From the human T2T-CHM13v2.0 reference genome, Homo sapiens: a stretch of DNA of 64,000 nucleotides. Position 1 is the stretch's first letter. Each line of letters starts with the position of its first letter. Made by a program: the position numbers and the translations under genes. The notes beneath the pieces are model-generated. The model had not been told where the DNA came from, did not search any database, and saw only the letters and a program-made list of their open reading frames with translations. Positions 12,801-24,765 of this stretch are shown one piece after another. The stretch is taken from assembly GCF_009914755.1 (NCBI RefSeq), contig NC_060927.1. One strand, 5' to 3'.

Positions 12801-13809
12801 TTGTAAGAATTTTTGTGTAAATATCATCTGTGTAGATAACCATGCATTCCTTTGTACAAAATATTGCATTATAATTTTTGAAATCAGCTTGTAGTCATTT
12901 GGAATTTGGTATTTGTTCTTTAAAGGAATATTCCAGTTTAATCCAAATGAAAACGCTTTAGGAAAATTCAAATCATGGCCCAATGAGAAGGGAAGGGGAA
13001 AGAAACAAACATAAATGTGAAATGGAAAATAAAATATATTATTAAAAAACACAATTTCACAGATATTTTGTAGAATTCCTTTATAATCTGCCATATTAGA
13101 CAAGACATTTTACACAAATTTATACATACACACAAATAGTATACATGTATTATGTCTACACACAGAAACACAAGTTGAAATACTTGAGCATTTTGCAAAC
13201 TTTCTAGCAAATGCCACTTTTTTGGAAATAATGTTAAAAGGCAAAATCATGTAAGTTAAAGACATGATCGTTAGATAAAATGTACTTTATACGTTTAGCC
13301 TAACGAAATATATGGTAAATTCACTTGAATCAGAAAAATTAAAATGATCTCTCCAAGCTAGTGTGGTTTCTAGCAGACAAAATAAATACACTAGCTGACA
13401 GTTATCAGAAAGTTATTGTGTTATTATATGTTTTTAAGTGTTAGGGTATTAAATATTAGGATATTTAATGCATAATGCAAACATTAATGTAGCATTTTCT
13501 GTTCAACTAATTATGGTGATTGATAGCAATATAGATACACAAGAAAGAATTCCTGACTTGAAAGAGGCCATTGTGTAAAGAAGGGAAATACATATTATTA
13601 TAAATTACAATCTGGCAAAAATAAAGACAGGATGATATGAAAGCCCCTAGAATGAGTATTTGAACCAGATTTTTATGTGTGAATATGCGTATGGATATCA
13701 GAGAATGTTTCACAAAGGAGGTGAGAGAAAGTAGAATACCAAAGATGAGTAGCAATTAGCCAAGTTGAGGTAGACTGTAGGTGGAAAGGAAATTGCTAAA
13801 AGAAATACC

Positions 13810-14460
13810 GTTGCAGCTCTGATTCAAGGCACCAATACCTATCACCTAGCTTATTGCAGTAGCCTGTTAAGTGGTCCTCCTGCCTTTACCTTTTTTCCCT
13901 ACACCCAGTTCTTAGCAACTCAAGTAACACTTAAATTGCTGTCTCTCAAAATCTTTCCATGACTGCCAAAATCCTTAAAAGACCTTCTGGGATTCCTGCT
14001 CCCCTTGCCTTACCACACTGATTCACATCAGCCCCTCTCTTCTTTCTTTCTTAAATGTAACAGGTCGGCTTCTTAGCGTATTTGGACCTGATGTTCTATC
14101 TGCTTTTCCCTATATGACTTACTCCTTATTTTTCTCCGTCTTTATTTAGTGCCACCTTCTCAATGCTACCCAACTTGACCACCAAAATATAAATAAAAAA
14201 ATCCCTTCTATAGTGCATTTTTTTCCTTTTTCCTATACTCTCCCCCCTCTCTTTTTTTCCCATAGCATTCAGTACCTACTAATAAAGCATGAGATCTACT
14301 CATTAGTTATTTTTGTATATAATGTGTTTCCTCTGGGAAAAGGAGATTTTTCAGCTGAAGGAAGGTGAGGATTCTTTCCTGTTTTTACTACTCATGCATG
14401 CCAAGGGCCAAAGGCATTATTGAGCATATAGTGAGTGTTCAATAGATATTTATTGAAGAT
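13810..14460 (+). mobile_element. L2 3' fragment
   Basis: cacctagcttattgcagtagcctgttaagtggtc...gcatatagtgagtgttcaatagatatttattgaa. Confidence 0.7.
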
Positions 14461-15839
14461 CACAACAGAATGGAATGTTACATGTGAGAAGGTACAGAGA
14501 AGTAGCCATCTGACTATCTAGAAACTTGAAGTGGTTCAGAACTTCTAGAATCTTTAAGCTTGAATGTTAATATCAGAGAAATACCATTCTAAAGACTTTG
14601 CAAAGGCTATTTTGACCTGATGCTAAATATAAGGAATACATTTATCTTGAGCAAATAGGATAGAAAAACCTAGGGCTCACATTAAAACATGAAAAATGTA
14701 TGTCAAAAGAGTAAACATTAAACTTTTATTTAGTAAGCATTACTCAGAGATGTAAAACTGTCAGATGCATAGGGCCATATAATAGCCTCAGCTTGTTTAG
14801 CATGGGCTGGAGAGAAAAAAATTGAAAATGTGAACCTCCCTTCACTCCCACTCCAAATTTTAAAAATGTGATACAAATAATGAAAGGTCTGGCCTTATAC
14901 AGAGTTGTATAAAAAATTAGAAGTTACTTTTCCTTGGAAGAGTTTGTAAAAAAGCTAAGTGTATGCCTGTTAAAATAAGTCTATTATGTCCCTGTAGGAC
15001 ACTTAAGTTAATTGCAATAACAAGCTATATATGATTTTATATTAGAAAAAAATCCTTGGCTTCTTGTGAGACAAAAAGACAAAAGGTAAAGGAAAGCTTT
15101 TTGTCATACAGATTTTCTATTAAATCTCTCTCTCTCTCCCTTTTTCTCATACTTTTTCTATTATAAATTAGAAATAAAGTTTAAATCACTTAGAAGATTA
15201 TTTTTTATACCTAAGAAGCCAGACAGGAGTATAATCTATTCTGAAATTCATGAGAAAATCCTTTAAAATGTCAGACAACAGTTAAAACACTCTATGATTA
15301 GGGCATATTTTAATTTTCTTAATGTCAAAACTCTGCTGTGGGAAAAGCTTATGCACACTCATTTGATATTCACATGAGCTGATATTAAAATGGAGCCATA
15401 CTCTCAGAAGTATCGATATCAGGGATTGAGAATATCTTTAAAAAAAAGACCAGTCTGACCTTCAGGGAAGTCAGTACAGAATGAGTTGAACCAGAAATAA
15501 AATCACTTTTCAACAATATACAGCATAATTTATTTTTAAGGGAGCTGAGCAAGGGTGGGTCCGCTTTTTTTTTCTTTTAAAGGTGTTGCTCACTAAATAC
15601 ATCCCCATCTAATAATAGGGACTGACCTAGGAGGGTCTTAGTATGGGTTGCATACAATGATTTTAAGTGTAACAGGCTATTATTCTTTCAAATGAAGCAT
15701 GAGGGGCAATGGACGGGCTCTGTGAATATCTTCCAGACACAGATAGACAAAGGCAGACAAATTTAGTGCCTTTAACAATTTGTAAATATTTCTTAATATC
15801 ATGCAATGTACCAGGTGCTAACCAGTAGATATTTTCTTT

Positions 15840-16500
15840 CATTGAGCTCAGGCTTCATAAGTGCCTTTTACTGTCCTGGGCACTGTGCTGTAAAAGGCCC
15901 TGCCCTCAGGGTGTTACATTTTAGTGAGAAGGACAATAAAAATATGCCAATATTTAAGTAGGGATCAGGACTATGAAAAAATGGCAAGCAGGATATGGGG
16001 ATACAATATGACAGGGAAGTCACTCTTTTTTTTTTTTTTTTTTTTTTTCCTGAGACAAGAGTCTCGCTGAGTCGCCCAGGCTGGAGTGCAGTGGCGCAAT
16101 CTTGGCTCACTGCAAGCTCCGCCTCCCGGGTTCACGCCATTCTCCGGAGGGAAGGCACTCTTTTTGATAGCAGTCAAGAAAGTTCACTTAGAAGAGGGAA
16201 CATTGTAGCAGTAACCCAAGAAGTTGGAGTCAAGCCACGTGAATATAATGGAGAAGGGCCTGTTTGGAAGAGGGGATAGCAAGATCAGTAACATTGAGGC
16301 AGAAAGATGCTTTGCATATTTTTGGAAAAGTAGATGCCTAATATGGCTGCAACACAGAGAAAAAGGCAGAAGAGTCATAGGTGGTGAAGTAAGTACAAGA
16401 GTCACATAGTTTCATGTTATGGAAGATCTTGCACACGACCTTGCCACTAACGAGGGTTTTAGACATTTTACTCCTTGTGAAGAAAAGCCATTGGAGAGCT
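15840..16500 (-). mobile_element. L2 fragment hosting a short AluY
   Basis: ctgggcactgtgctg...ccctgccctcaggg...acattttagt antisense L2 motifs. Confidence 0.55.
16027..16147 (-). mobile_element. Severely 5'-truncated AluY (part of right arm plus tail)
   Basis: gcaagctccgcctcccgggttcacgccattctcc (AluY diagnostic); TSD agggaagtcactct / agggaaggcactct. Confidence 0.93.
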
Positions 16501-18189
16501 TATGTAACTGGATTCACACTTAAAAAACTACAAAGAGTGAACATTCAGCCTCCTGTAATTTATATTCTCGTTGCTTTGACTACAAAGAAATGAACTTGAA
16601 TTTGGGGTTGGTAACAGCAGCAACTAAAGACAAAACTGTACATGACCTCATATTCTACTATTGGTATTAGCAGGTACTGGTTCTTTCTATTTTAAATATA
16701 AAAGGTCATAGTTGGCAGGGAAATCTGAGTCTTTTATACATACTGTTTCCACTCAAGAGAAATTTTGACCATGGCCTCCTTAGAGAGGGCAAAAGAAACC
16801 ACAAAAAAAAAGAAGATGCTTTGCAAACAAAATAAAAACAATAAAAAATAGCAATGCCGTCATGTATTGGACAATATCAATACAATTGTTGAAATGTTAA
16901 AATGGAACATGTAAAAATATAACAGAAAACAACCAAAAGCAAAAAACCTAATGTAATCCTTAAAAGTACATTTAAGACACGTGAAGAAAAATTAGACAAC
17001 CATGGCCAACTTAAAATAATGCACACATAACTGAGCTCCTTCTGAATAATCTGACTTAACTGAGATATGTACAAGAAATACTTTTCAAAGTAGTGACCAG
17101 ACTCCTTGGAAAGATACTGGTTAGGAACTTCAGGAAACTCCAGTAACATGCAAATTTTGTGTATGGATAACAAGTTTAAAAAACCCTTATTGGCTTGCTT
17201 AATAGACGAATAGCAAATAGCCCTTACTTATACACAAAATTGAAATCCATGTAGTTATCTGTTATTTATTTGTAAGAATCTATGTTATTTATTTATAAGA
17301 ATGTACGAAAGGACTTTCATTCTTGAATTATTTTGCAGCCCAGCAGGAAATATAGGTCCCACACTGAAAAAAACTATTCAAGTCCAAAAAATTGGAGTCA
17401 TATCTTGACATAACAGTGGATATGTTAATATTTTTTGGCTAACACAACAAAAAAATTAGGTAATGAGGATACTGGGAATATTTACATTCAATGTCAGATG
17501 CAAAGTACTATTTTTTAAAAAATGTAGGGTTAAATTAAAAACACTGATTTTGTTGAATCTTCTTTTAATATATGTTGTACTAATATTATGATTTACTGTT
17601 TTACTTGTATTTATTTGCATTCTGTGTTAAAACCTTGATTTTTCCTTAAAATAACAAAAAATAAGTTGAAGAGAAAATAAATGTGCGTTATCAGATCTTT
17701 GGATCACATATATTCAAAATAATGAGTTCTGTTCATTTGATATTATTTGGATACAAACATACTTTTTTTTCTTTAGTTCCTAGACCATAAAATAAACTCA
17801 GAAGTCAAATAAAAATTTATATCCAGGTATTGCTATTTTAGTTAAGTATAATCTTTAACTTTTCCATTAGTTTTTGTGAGACTGATTTTTATTTTATGAG
17901 AAAAATATTTAATATATTTGAGAAGAGTAATGCTAGAAGAATTTTTCAAATTGTATCTTTATCTCACATAAGTGGATATATAATGAATCATAAGTTATAT
18001 AGCCAATTGCCAGATAACTGGCATTGCATATTACATTTGTTTTTTAATATATATTTCTAGATTTTATAATGATTACTGGAATATATCCTCCCTACAAGTA
18101 TGAACTACAGCTGTCTTGTTTATTCATGTATTTCTATTGTGTTGAATATTCATTTGTAAAGAAATGAATGGATAATATTTCTCAGTACA

Positions 18190-18975
18190 TCTTGGCTCCT
18201 CTCTACCCTTTAAATTTCCCTTGTTGTTATTGTGTCAAGGCCTTGTATATTACGGCTTGCTTTATGATCTTCCCAAGTTGAGTCTGTATCTTGATATATT
18301 TTTCTTAACAGAGATGCTTTTCTTTTTAATTCTGCTTCCATATTCTCATAGCTTCAAGTATTTTCTATGCATCACTGACTTCCAAATTTATAATTTCAAC
18401 CTGGTCACTTCTCCATGCTCCACACTTCAGGCCACATTTCGTGCTTGGTATCTCCACTTAGATGTTCCATAGCCATCTCAAGTTTACTATGGCCAAGTTG
18501 GCATATTTGATTGCACTCATCTACCCCAGATATTTTCCATCTGGTCTTCCTTATCTTGGGGATCAAGCTTGAAATGTAGATGTCTCTTTTTGATGTCTTT
18601 ATATCCCTTATCTGCATGCCCAAAATATCAGCAAGTCCCATTGGCTATTTGTCAATACAGATGCTTCTTGAATTATAATGAGGTTGTGTCTGTAGAAACC
18701 CATCATAAGTAAAAAAGTCAAAGTATATTTAATACTTCAAAAATAAACATTATAAAGCCAAAAATCCTATATTAAGCCATCCTAAGCCAGAGAGTGTCTG
18801 TATATATTGAATTTATGCATACTTTCTATTTTTACTATCATCAGCAGCCTTGATTTAGGCCACAATCCTCTTTCGTCTTAATCACCATAATTTATCTCTA
18901 ACTGATTCACTTCCCATTTATACTATTGCCTTCCTATACAACATTTTCTACATAGTAGTCAGAATGTCTTTTTAA
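18190..18975 (+). mobile_element. L2 fragment
   Basis: tcatagcttcaagta...tgacttccaaatttata...tctccacttagatgttccatagccatctcaa. Confidence 0.65.
18658..18800 (+). mobile_element. Tigger4/MER46-like MITE
   Basis: TA|cagatgcttcttgaattataatgaggtt...gtgtctg|TA; CAG...CTG termini with TA TSD. Confidence 0.75.
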
Positions 18976-18979
18976 CTAT

Positions 18980-19290
18980 TAACACTGCACATTTAAGGTG
19001 CAAAATTTGGTGTTTTGATGTGAAATCACCTGTGGAACTATCACCACAATCAAGATAATAACTGTACCCATCACCCCCAAAGTGTTTGTAATCCCTCCTT
19101 CATGCTCCGCCCACTCTCCTTTCTACTCCATCCTCAGTTACCCACTGACCTGTTTTCTAAGGATTACAACTTATATCATAAGTAGAAATAATAAGTTGAT
19201 TTAGAGAGCATGTACTCTTGTCTGCCTGACTCCACACAACATAATTATTTTGTGATTTCTCCATGATGTTGCATATATCAGTAGCTGGGA
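18980..19290 (-). mobile_element. L1ME-like 3' end
   Basis: accacaatcaagata...ccatcacccccaaa...ccactgacctgttttct...gttgcatatatcagtag. Confidence 0.7.
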
Positions 19291-19432
19291 ATGTTTTTAA
19301 AGAAACATTGTTATCTCTTTTCTATTTAAATATGTCTATTACTCTTACATGTAGTGGATATTTGCTCTGTTTATAATTGTTAAATATATTTGAACACCCT
19401 TACGGCATTTACAAAATGTCCATGTTGTAAAT

Positions 19433-19863
19433 GGAATTTGTTTCCTATGCTTCTGTAGCACATTACCACAAATGCAGTGGCTTGAAGTGACACAAATGTA
19501 CTCTGCTCCTGTTCTGGAGGCCAGAAATCTAAAATGAGTCGGCATGGCTGCATTCCTTCTGGAGGTTCTAGGATAAAATTCATTTCCTTGCCTTTTCTAG
19601 ATTCCAGAGGTCCCTTGTGTTCCTTGGCTCATGACTCCTTCCTCTATCTTCCAAGTCTGCACATGGCTCCTTCAGTCCTCTCTGAACTCTCTTTCCATTC
19701 TTATATCTCTTTATCTCTCTCTCTCCTTCTCATTCTCTCTCTCTCTCTCTCTGACACACAACTGTAAAGTCCCTTTTGATATGTGAGATAACATATTCAT
19801 AGATTCCGGGAATTAGAATGTGAATATCTTTTGAGGAGCCACAACATTATTCAGCCTACCATA
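19433..19863 (-). mobile_element. MLT1C/D/E-like MaLR LTR
   Basis: ttaccacaaatgcagtggctt...gttctggaggccagaaatctaaaat...cattattcagcctacca. Confidence 0.8.
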
Positions 19864-21349
19864 TGAGCCCTTCAACTTTAAAGTAAAATTAAAATTGACT
19901 CTTCAAGGCTTCCTTACCGCCAGAGTGTAGGCATATATTCTAACTTCCACCAATCAGAGTCATTTGTGCAAGTTTACAATTTGGAGAGAGGAAAATGAGA
20001 AAGTAGAGGGGAATTTATCTTTTGTTGTGTATGGGTGGATACGTTTCTAAATTCTCAGGGGTAGCGGCAGTGTAACTTCTGGATCCCAGTCCTGAATAAT
20101 GTCAGTGGGCACTTTATTGTCTATAAAAATTGCACTGTTGATGTCAAAAGATGACAACATGAAATTTTTGTTAGAGGGAACCCAAATATTTTGTTTTGGC
20201 AATTTTTTCCTAAGGAGTTCTTTGGTCTACCCATTTCTTCTTCTTCTTTCTTTCTTTTTTTTTTTTAAGTAGATACTCTTACTGATATGAAAATTGGTCC
20301 TTAAAGTGGTTTCTGATGAGAGATCCAAAAGAAAATGAGAATCTGAAAATGAATATGAGACCTGGATGCTCCAAGAGCCCTGAGGTGGTGGCTACAACTA
20401 TACAATTGGACTTTAATCAGTACATGGAATAAAGTGGCAGAACAATTAATTAAAGTATTTCCTGGTTTCTCTGGAAAGAAATGCCCATGGAAGAACATGC
20501 TTTGATGACATTATGATTTGCATAAGGAATATAAGAATTAAGGAGTTGTTTCTGAAGTTGTGTTAAAAATTGAGAATTATGAGCTCAATATCCAAAATTT
20601 TAGTTGAAGGAACTCATAGAATAGATAATTTTTTTATTAGTGTAAAAGAATGTTAACTAAAATTGAATAACTGAGATGCTCAAAGGTCATGTTGAAAATT
20701 TTAATTTCAACGTAATTGGGATCATAGCCTCACCAAATCTCTTTTATGATGAAGAAGGCATTGATAGGCAAAGAGTGGGGCCCTCTGATTTGCAATAGGG
20801 CATATGGAACTGTTCTTTCCACTCAGTGTTCTCAGCCTTAAGCCTTCCTACTTCTCCTCCACCAACAAAAACAGCACCTCTTCCCCTGGCTGATGATGCT
20901 GATTCTCCTTTGCTTCATGACACTGTCATGACATCCCTTGATGCCATTAGTCTGCTTGGAAAGCTACTTCTCACTTCCCACCCAACACCTTTATTAACTT
21001 TCATAGCTAGAAATGATGGCCTCCATAACCCAGGAGGCCAATTATTAAGTTAAATATTGGAGAAAAAGACACACCTGGAATTTATATCAATCAAAACATA
21101 TATATAGCTATGAATGAATTCTGAAGACCAGAAAAATAATAATTTCATTTTTATTCAGGCTAAATGAATCCAAATATGTACATTTACCAAACATTCTAGA
21201 GCCAGGGTTTAAATTCTATCAGGTGTGAATAGCTCTACTTTATTTTAATATTTATTTATTTATTTATTTTTCAGAATTTTAAAATAAATACAGACTCTGG
21301 TGGCCTATGAAAAACAACGTTGATACACTAAAATTTCATAATGTAATGT

Positions 21350-21775
21350 TGTTAAATAACATTTACAGGAGGCCATTGGTTGAACTGAGCTTCTATACTA
21401 GGCATCAGTGGACCAAACCAGAATGGAGTTACTCATGCTGGGTTTCACATAATCAAACTGAACTTAAAAACAGGCCAGTTTTTCAGAAAACAGAAGAGTC
21501 ACGGCAACCAATCAAAAGGGCCTCAGTCAACCCCAGTCAGCATGTTAAAGAAGTCCTCTCTGCTTTAACCCATAGAACGAAAGTAACGTGAAGTAACTTG
21601 GTATTCACAAATCTGCTTCCTGTACTAAGCTGTTTCCTTGTTCTTGCAAAAGCCTCTTTACCAAAATTGACTATTCTACCAGGCCCAGCAGAGCCCCTGT
21701 CTATTTTGTAATGAATTGCTAATATAAGCCAATTCAATCTTTAAAAGTAATTTGTTAATTTCTTTTTCTTTCACA
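21350..21775 (+). mobile_element. ERV1 solo LTR (MER31/MER67-like)
   Basis: tgttaaataacatttacaggaggccattgg...ctttcaca; TG/CA termini and exact 4-bp TSD ATGT. Confidence 0.85.
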
Positions 21776-24642
21776 ATGTAGATGACGAATGCAAAGATTC
21801 AGGCAGCCAGAAATGTTGAAATGAATTTATCTTATGAAATGTACCCAACCACCCACTAAACCTAACTGTATTCCTAGCGGGGACTCAGATAATCAAGATC
21901 CCTGGAAAATCAAACTGCCTTCCTCACAGGCTAGAAATGCAAGTTTATACTTTGCCATTGTAAAGAGCTTTTGGTGTGCCAACAGGCATGTTACCAGATT
22001 CATAAGGCTGGACATTCTTTATATAGTTTCATAGTAGGTAGCAAGGTGTCAGTGTGTTAATAGGTGCATACAATTTTTTCTACCATTTTTTGTATCTGAA
22101 ACTTTGACATCATTTATTCTATGTTAAATATCTCAAATGTTAGAATAGAGCTTCAGAAAAGAATATATGTATTTTCTGCCCTCTTATTCTATATAATCAA
22201 AGACAGAAAATCCAAATAGACATTGTCATTAACCAAATCTAATATATTAGAAAGTAATCACAATATGTCATAATAATGTGCATGTCTTTGTCTTGTATTT
22301 CTTTGCCATGATACAGTGAACATAATTTTCATCTAATTGTAATAGTAACTCACACTAAGATATTATGTTTGTATTTAAATAATATTTATTATTAAATTTA
22401 GGGGGGAAGTAAAAAGAGAAATATGTAAATGAAAGACTTCTAAGATTTAAGTGCAGGTGTAAAGGTGAAGAAGATAATATAAGGCAGGTATTTTGTGTGT
22501 TGAGAATAAAAATAATGTGCTTGAGGTTACTTTATTTGGGGAAGAAATATCAGAAACAAAGAATGGGGAACTATGAAGAATGAAGGATGCATTTAAGGGA
22601 AAGCAGTACACTGCTGGGGGGCAATGGGTTCACTGCCATTCAAACTTAAGAAGACTTGGCACAAACCTCAAAACTATCTGTACCAGCAACAGAAGATGAA
22701 TCTGTAACTCCTGTCCCCTTTTATTCAGGGGGTGCTTGTGGAACATTAATTCCCTTGCATTTCCATGCTCATGCAGGAAAGCCACACTGGTTTCCTTAGG
22801 CATCCCAAGATTGCCGTTACCAAGAAATCTTTTGGTCTCTGCTCTTACCTCGATGAAGACTCCTCAACATTCTGATTCTCATGATGGCATGTTACAGAAT
22901 GGTGGTCTAGGAGAGAAAGACATTGATTCAATTGCTTTACTCTAAGGAATGCTTTTAAATTTGTGCAATATTCACTCAGTTGATTTTCTTGAGTGAAAAA
23001 TTAATCTAGATGCCATTAGCATAAAATATACTTAGAAATGCATTTCAGTTTGAATATAAAACTGGTAATTAGAGAACTTTGCATATAAAAAAGAAAACTC
23101 TTCACCTGGAATAACCCAGTGCCTGCTGTTCATTTGCATATCCTCACTTTACAGATTCAGGCAGTCAGAATATGCTAATAGCTGCACCCATTTCATATCC
23201 TAATACAGGAAATCCAATCGCTCAATGATAGGCATAGATGTGAATTACAGAGAATCTCTAAAATTGCTTGAAAATGAAAAAGTATTTCTCGCAGTTTTGC
23301 ACAAGTTCTCAGGGAGACCTTTCATGAGCTTCAGCGAGCAGTCCATCAGCACCAGTTTTAAGCTGCAGAAATGAAATCTTTCTACCACAGGAATATGTAA
23401 TCTGAATTTTTATCACCTCTTTTTCCTACCAAATCTAATCCTCTATTCTTAAAGAGTTGATCAATTTAGCTCCACCTTATAAAAAATCTACATATGTTCT
23501 GTTTCGATATAGGAAAAAAATTCTATGGTGGCTAATGCAATGTTCTTGGTTCAAATTAAGCAGCAGCAATTTTAATTTAGCTAAATAACCTTACTTGACT
23601 CTCTGCAATTACACTAAACCTCTATTTAATCTCACACATTAGAGTATCAAGCTTTATCCAAGACATGGTTCAAAATTAAGGTCCTCAATACCTACACCCA
23701 AAGATGTAAATTTAATCAGTCCAGGTGTGGCTTATGTTTTTGTTTTTAACAATCACCTAAATGATTTCAATTCTGCATTGGGAAATCCTACTTTAAGTTG
23801 TTAAAAAAATAAGACTTGTACAGTACATACATCAATAATATGTAAGAGTTATTAGCAGCATACATCTATATAATAAATCTAAACCAAATAGTCTCATATA
23901 TTCCAATGACTGCCTTCTCTCCAGTTCCCAAACAGATATAGGCAGCATGAGAATATAATAACAGCCAGTTGTAAATTGGAACATTGTATCCTAACTACAA
24001 AGTGTTAGAGGAGAAACTGCCAAATGCTTAACCCCCTTTATGGTTATTTGGGGTATCATGAAATCAAATCATGAAATTTCTCATTGGGTTAGAGGGGAAT
24101 AATGTCAATCACTTAAAATCAGTTTTATAAACCACTTGGGGATAATATCCCAAAGTGTGAAAACTTAGCACATGTGTTAACATCATATAAAATTTTATGT
24201 ATAATTAACCCCAATTCCATTTTGGGTTTCATGCTTTATTTGGCTATTCATTGCTGTCCATGCAGTTCTTGAACCTAGAAATGATCCAGTAAGTCTACAG
24301 TGGAATGAGTGTTGCTCATGAATAGATTTTTGGAAACTACACATTTACTCAATTTACTCAGACCCAAATGGCATTTCCCTTTACTTTCTTATTTTGTATG
24401 TCACATAGCCATTTGTATTAGAAGCCAATTGAATGGGCCTGGTGGCAATGTTTCAAACTGGAGATCCCTGCCCAGTGAGATAGTTTTAACACCTCATTGC
24501 TTGAACGATATTTTGGAAAACGTCCCAGTTCTACCTCGAAAACAGAAGGGACTGGGAAAAGACGTGTCTGTCAACAGGGCTCTATATTACCACTTCAGTT
24601 TCTGTCAAGTAGTCCACTAATGCATTTACCTTCCCTTCTTAG

Positions 24643-24765
24643 TTATTCACTGTACAAGCATCAGGCTGTTGGCTGATGAACAGCTTGCTGTCAGTGGGGC
24701 AGCAGTCCAGACAGAACACACATATCTCAGCTGCCTACGGGAAGGAAAAGCTGCAACTATTCCAT
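24643..24765 (+). other. Candidate 123-nt cassette exon (motif-based only)
   Basis: Branch-like CACTAAT 24615-24621, pyrimidine tract plus TAG 24640-24642, donor CAT|GTAAGT at 24766; unique sequence. Confidence 0.35.

Noticed and set aside
23075-23180. Octamer/POU-like motifs (ATTTGCAT, ATGCTAAT)
   Set aside because: Expected by chance at this AT content; ATTTGCAT recurs at several unrelated positions.
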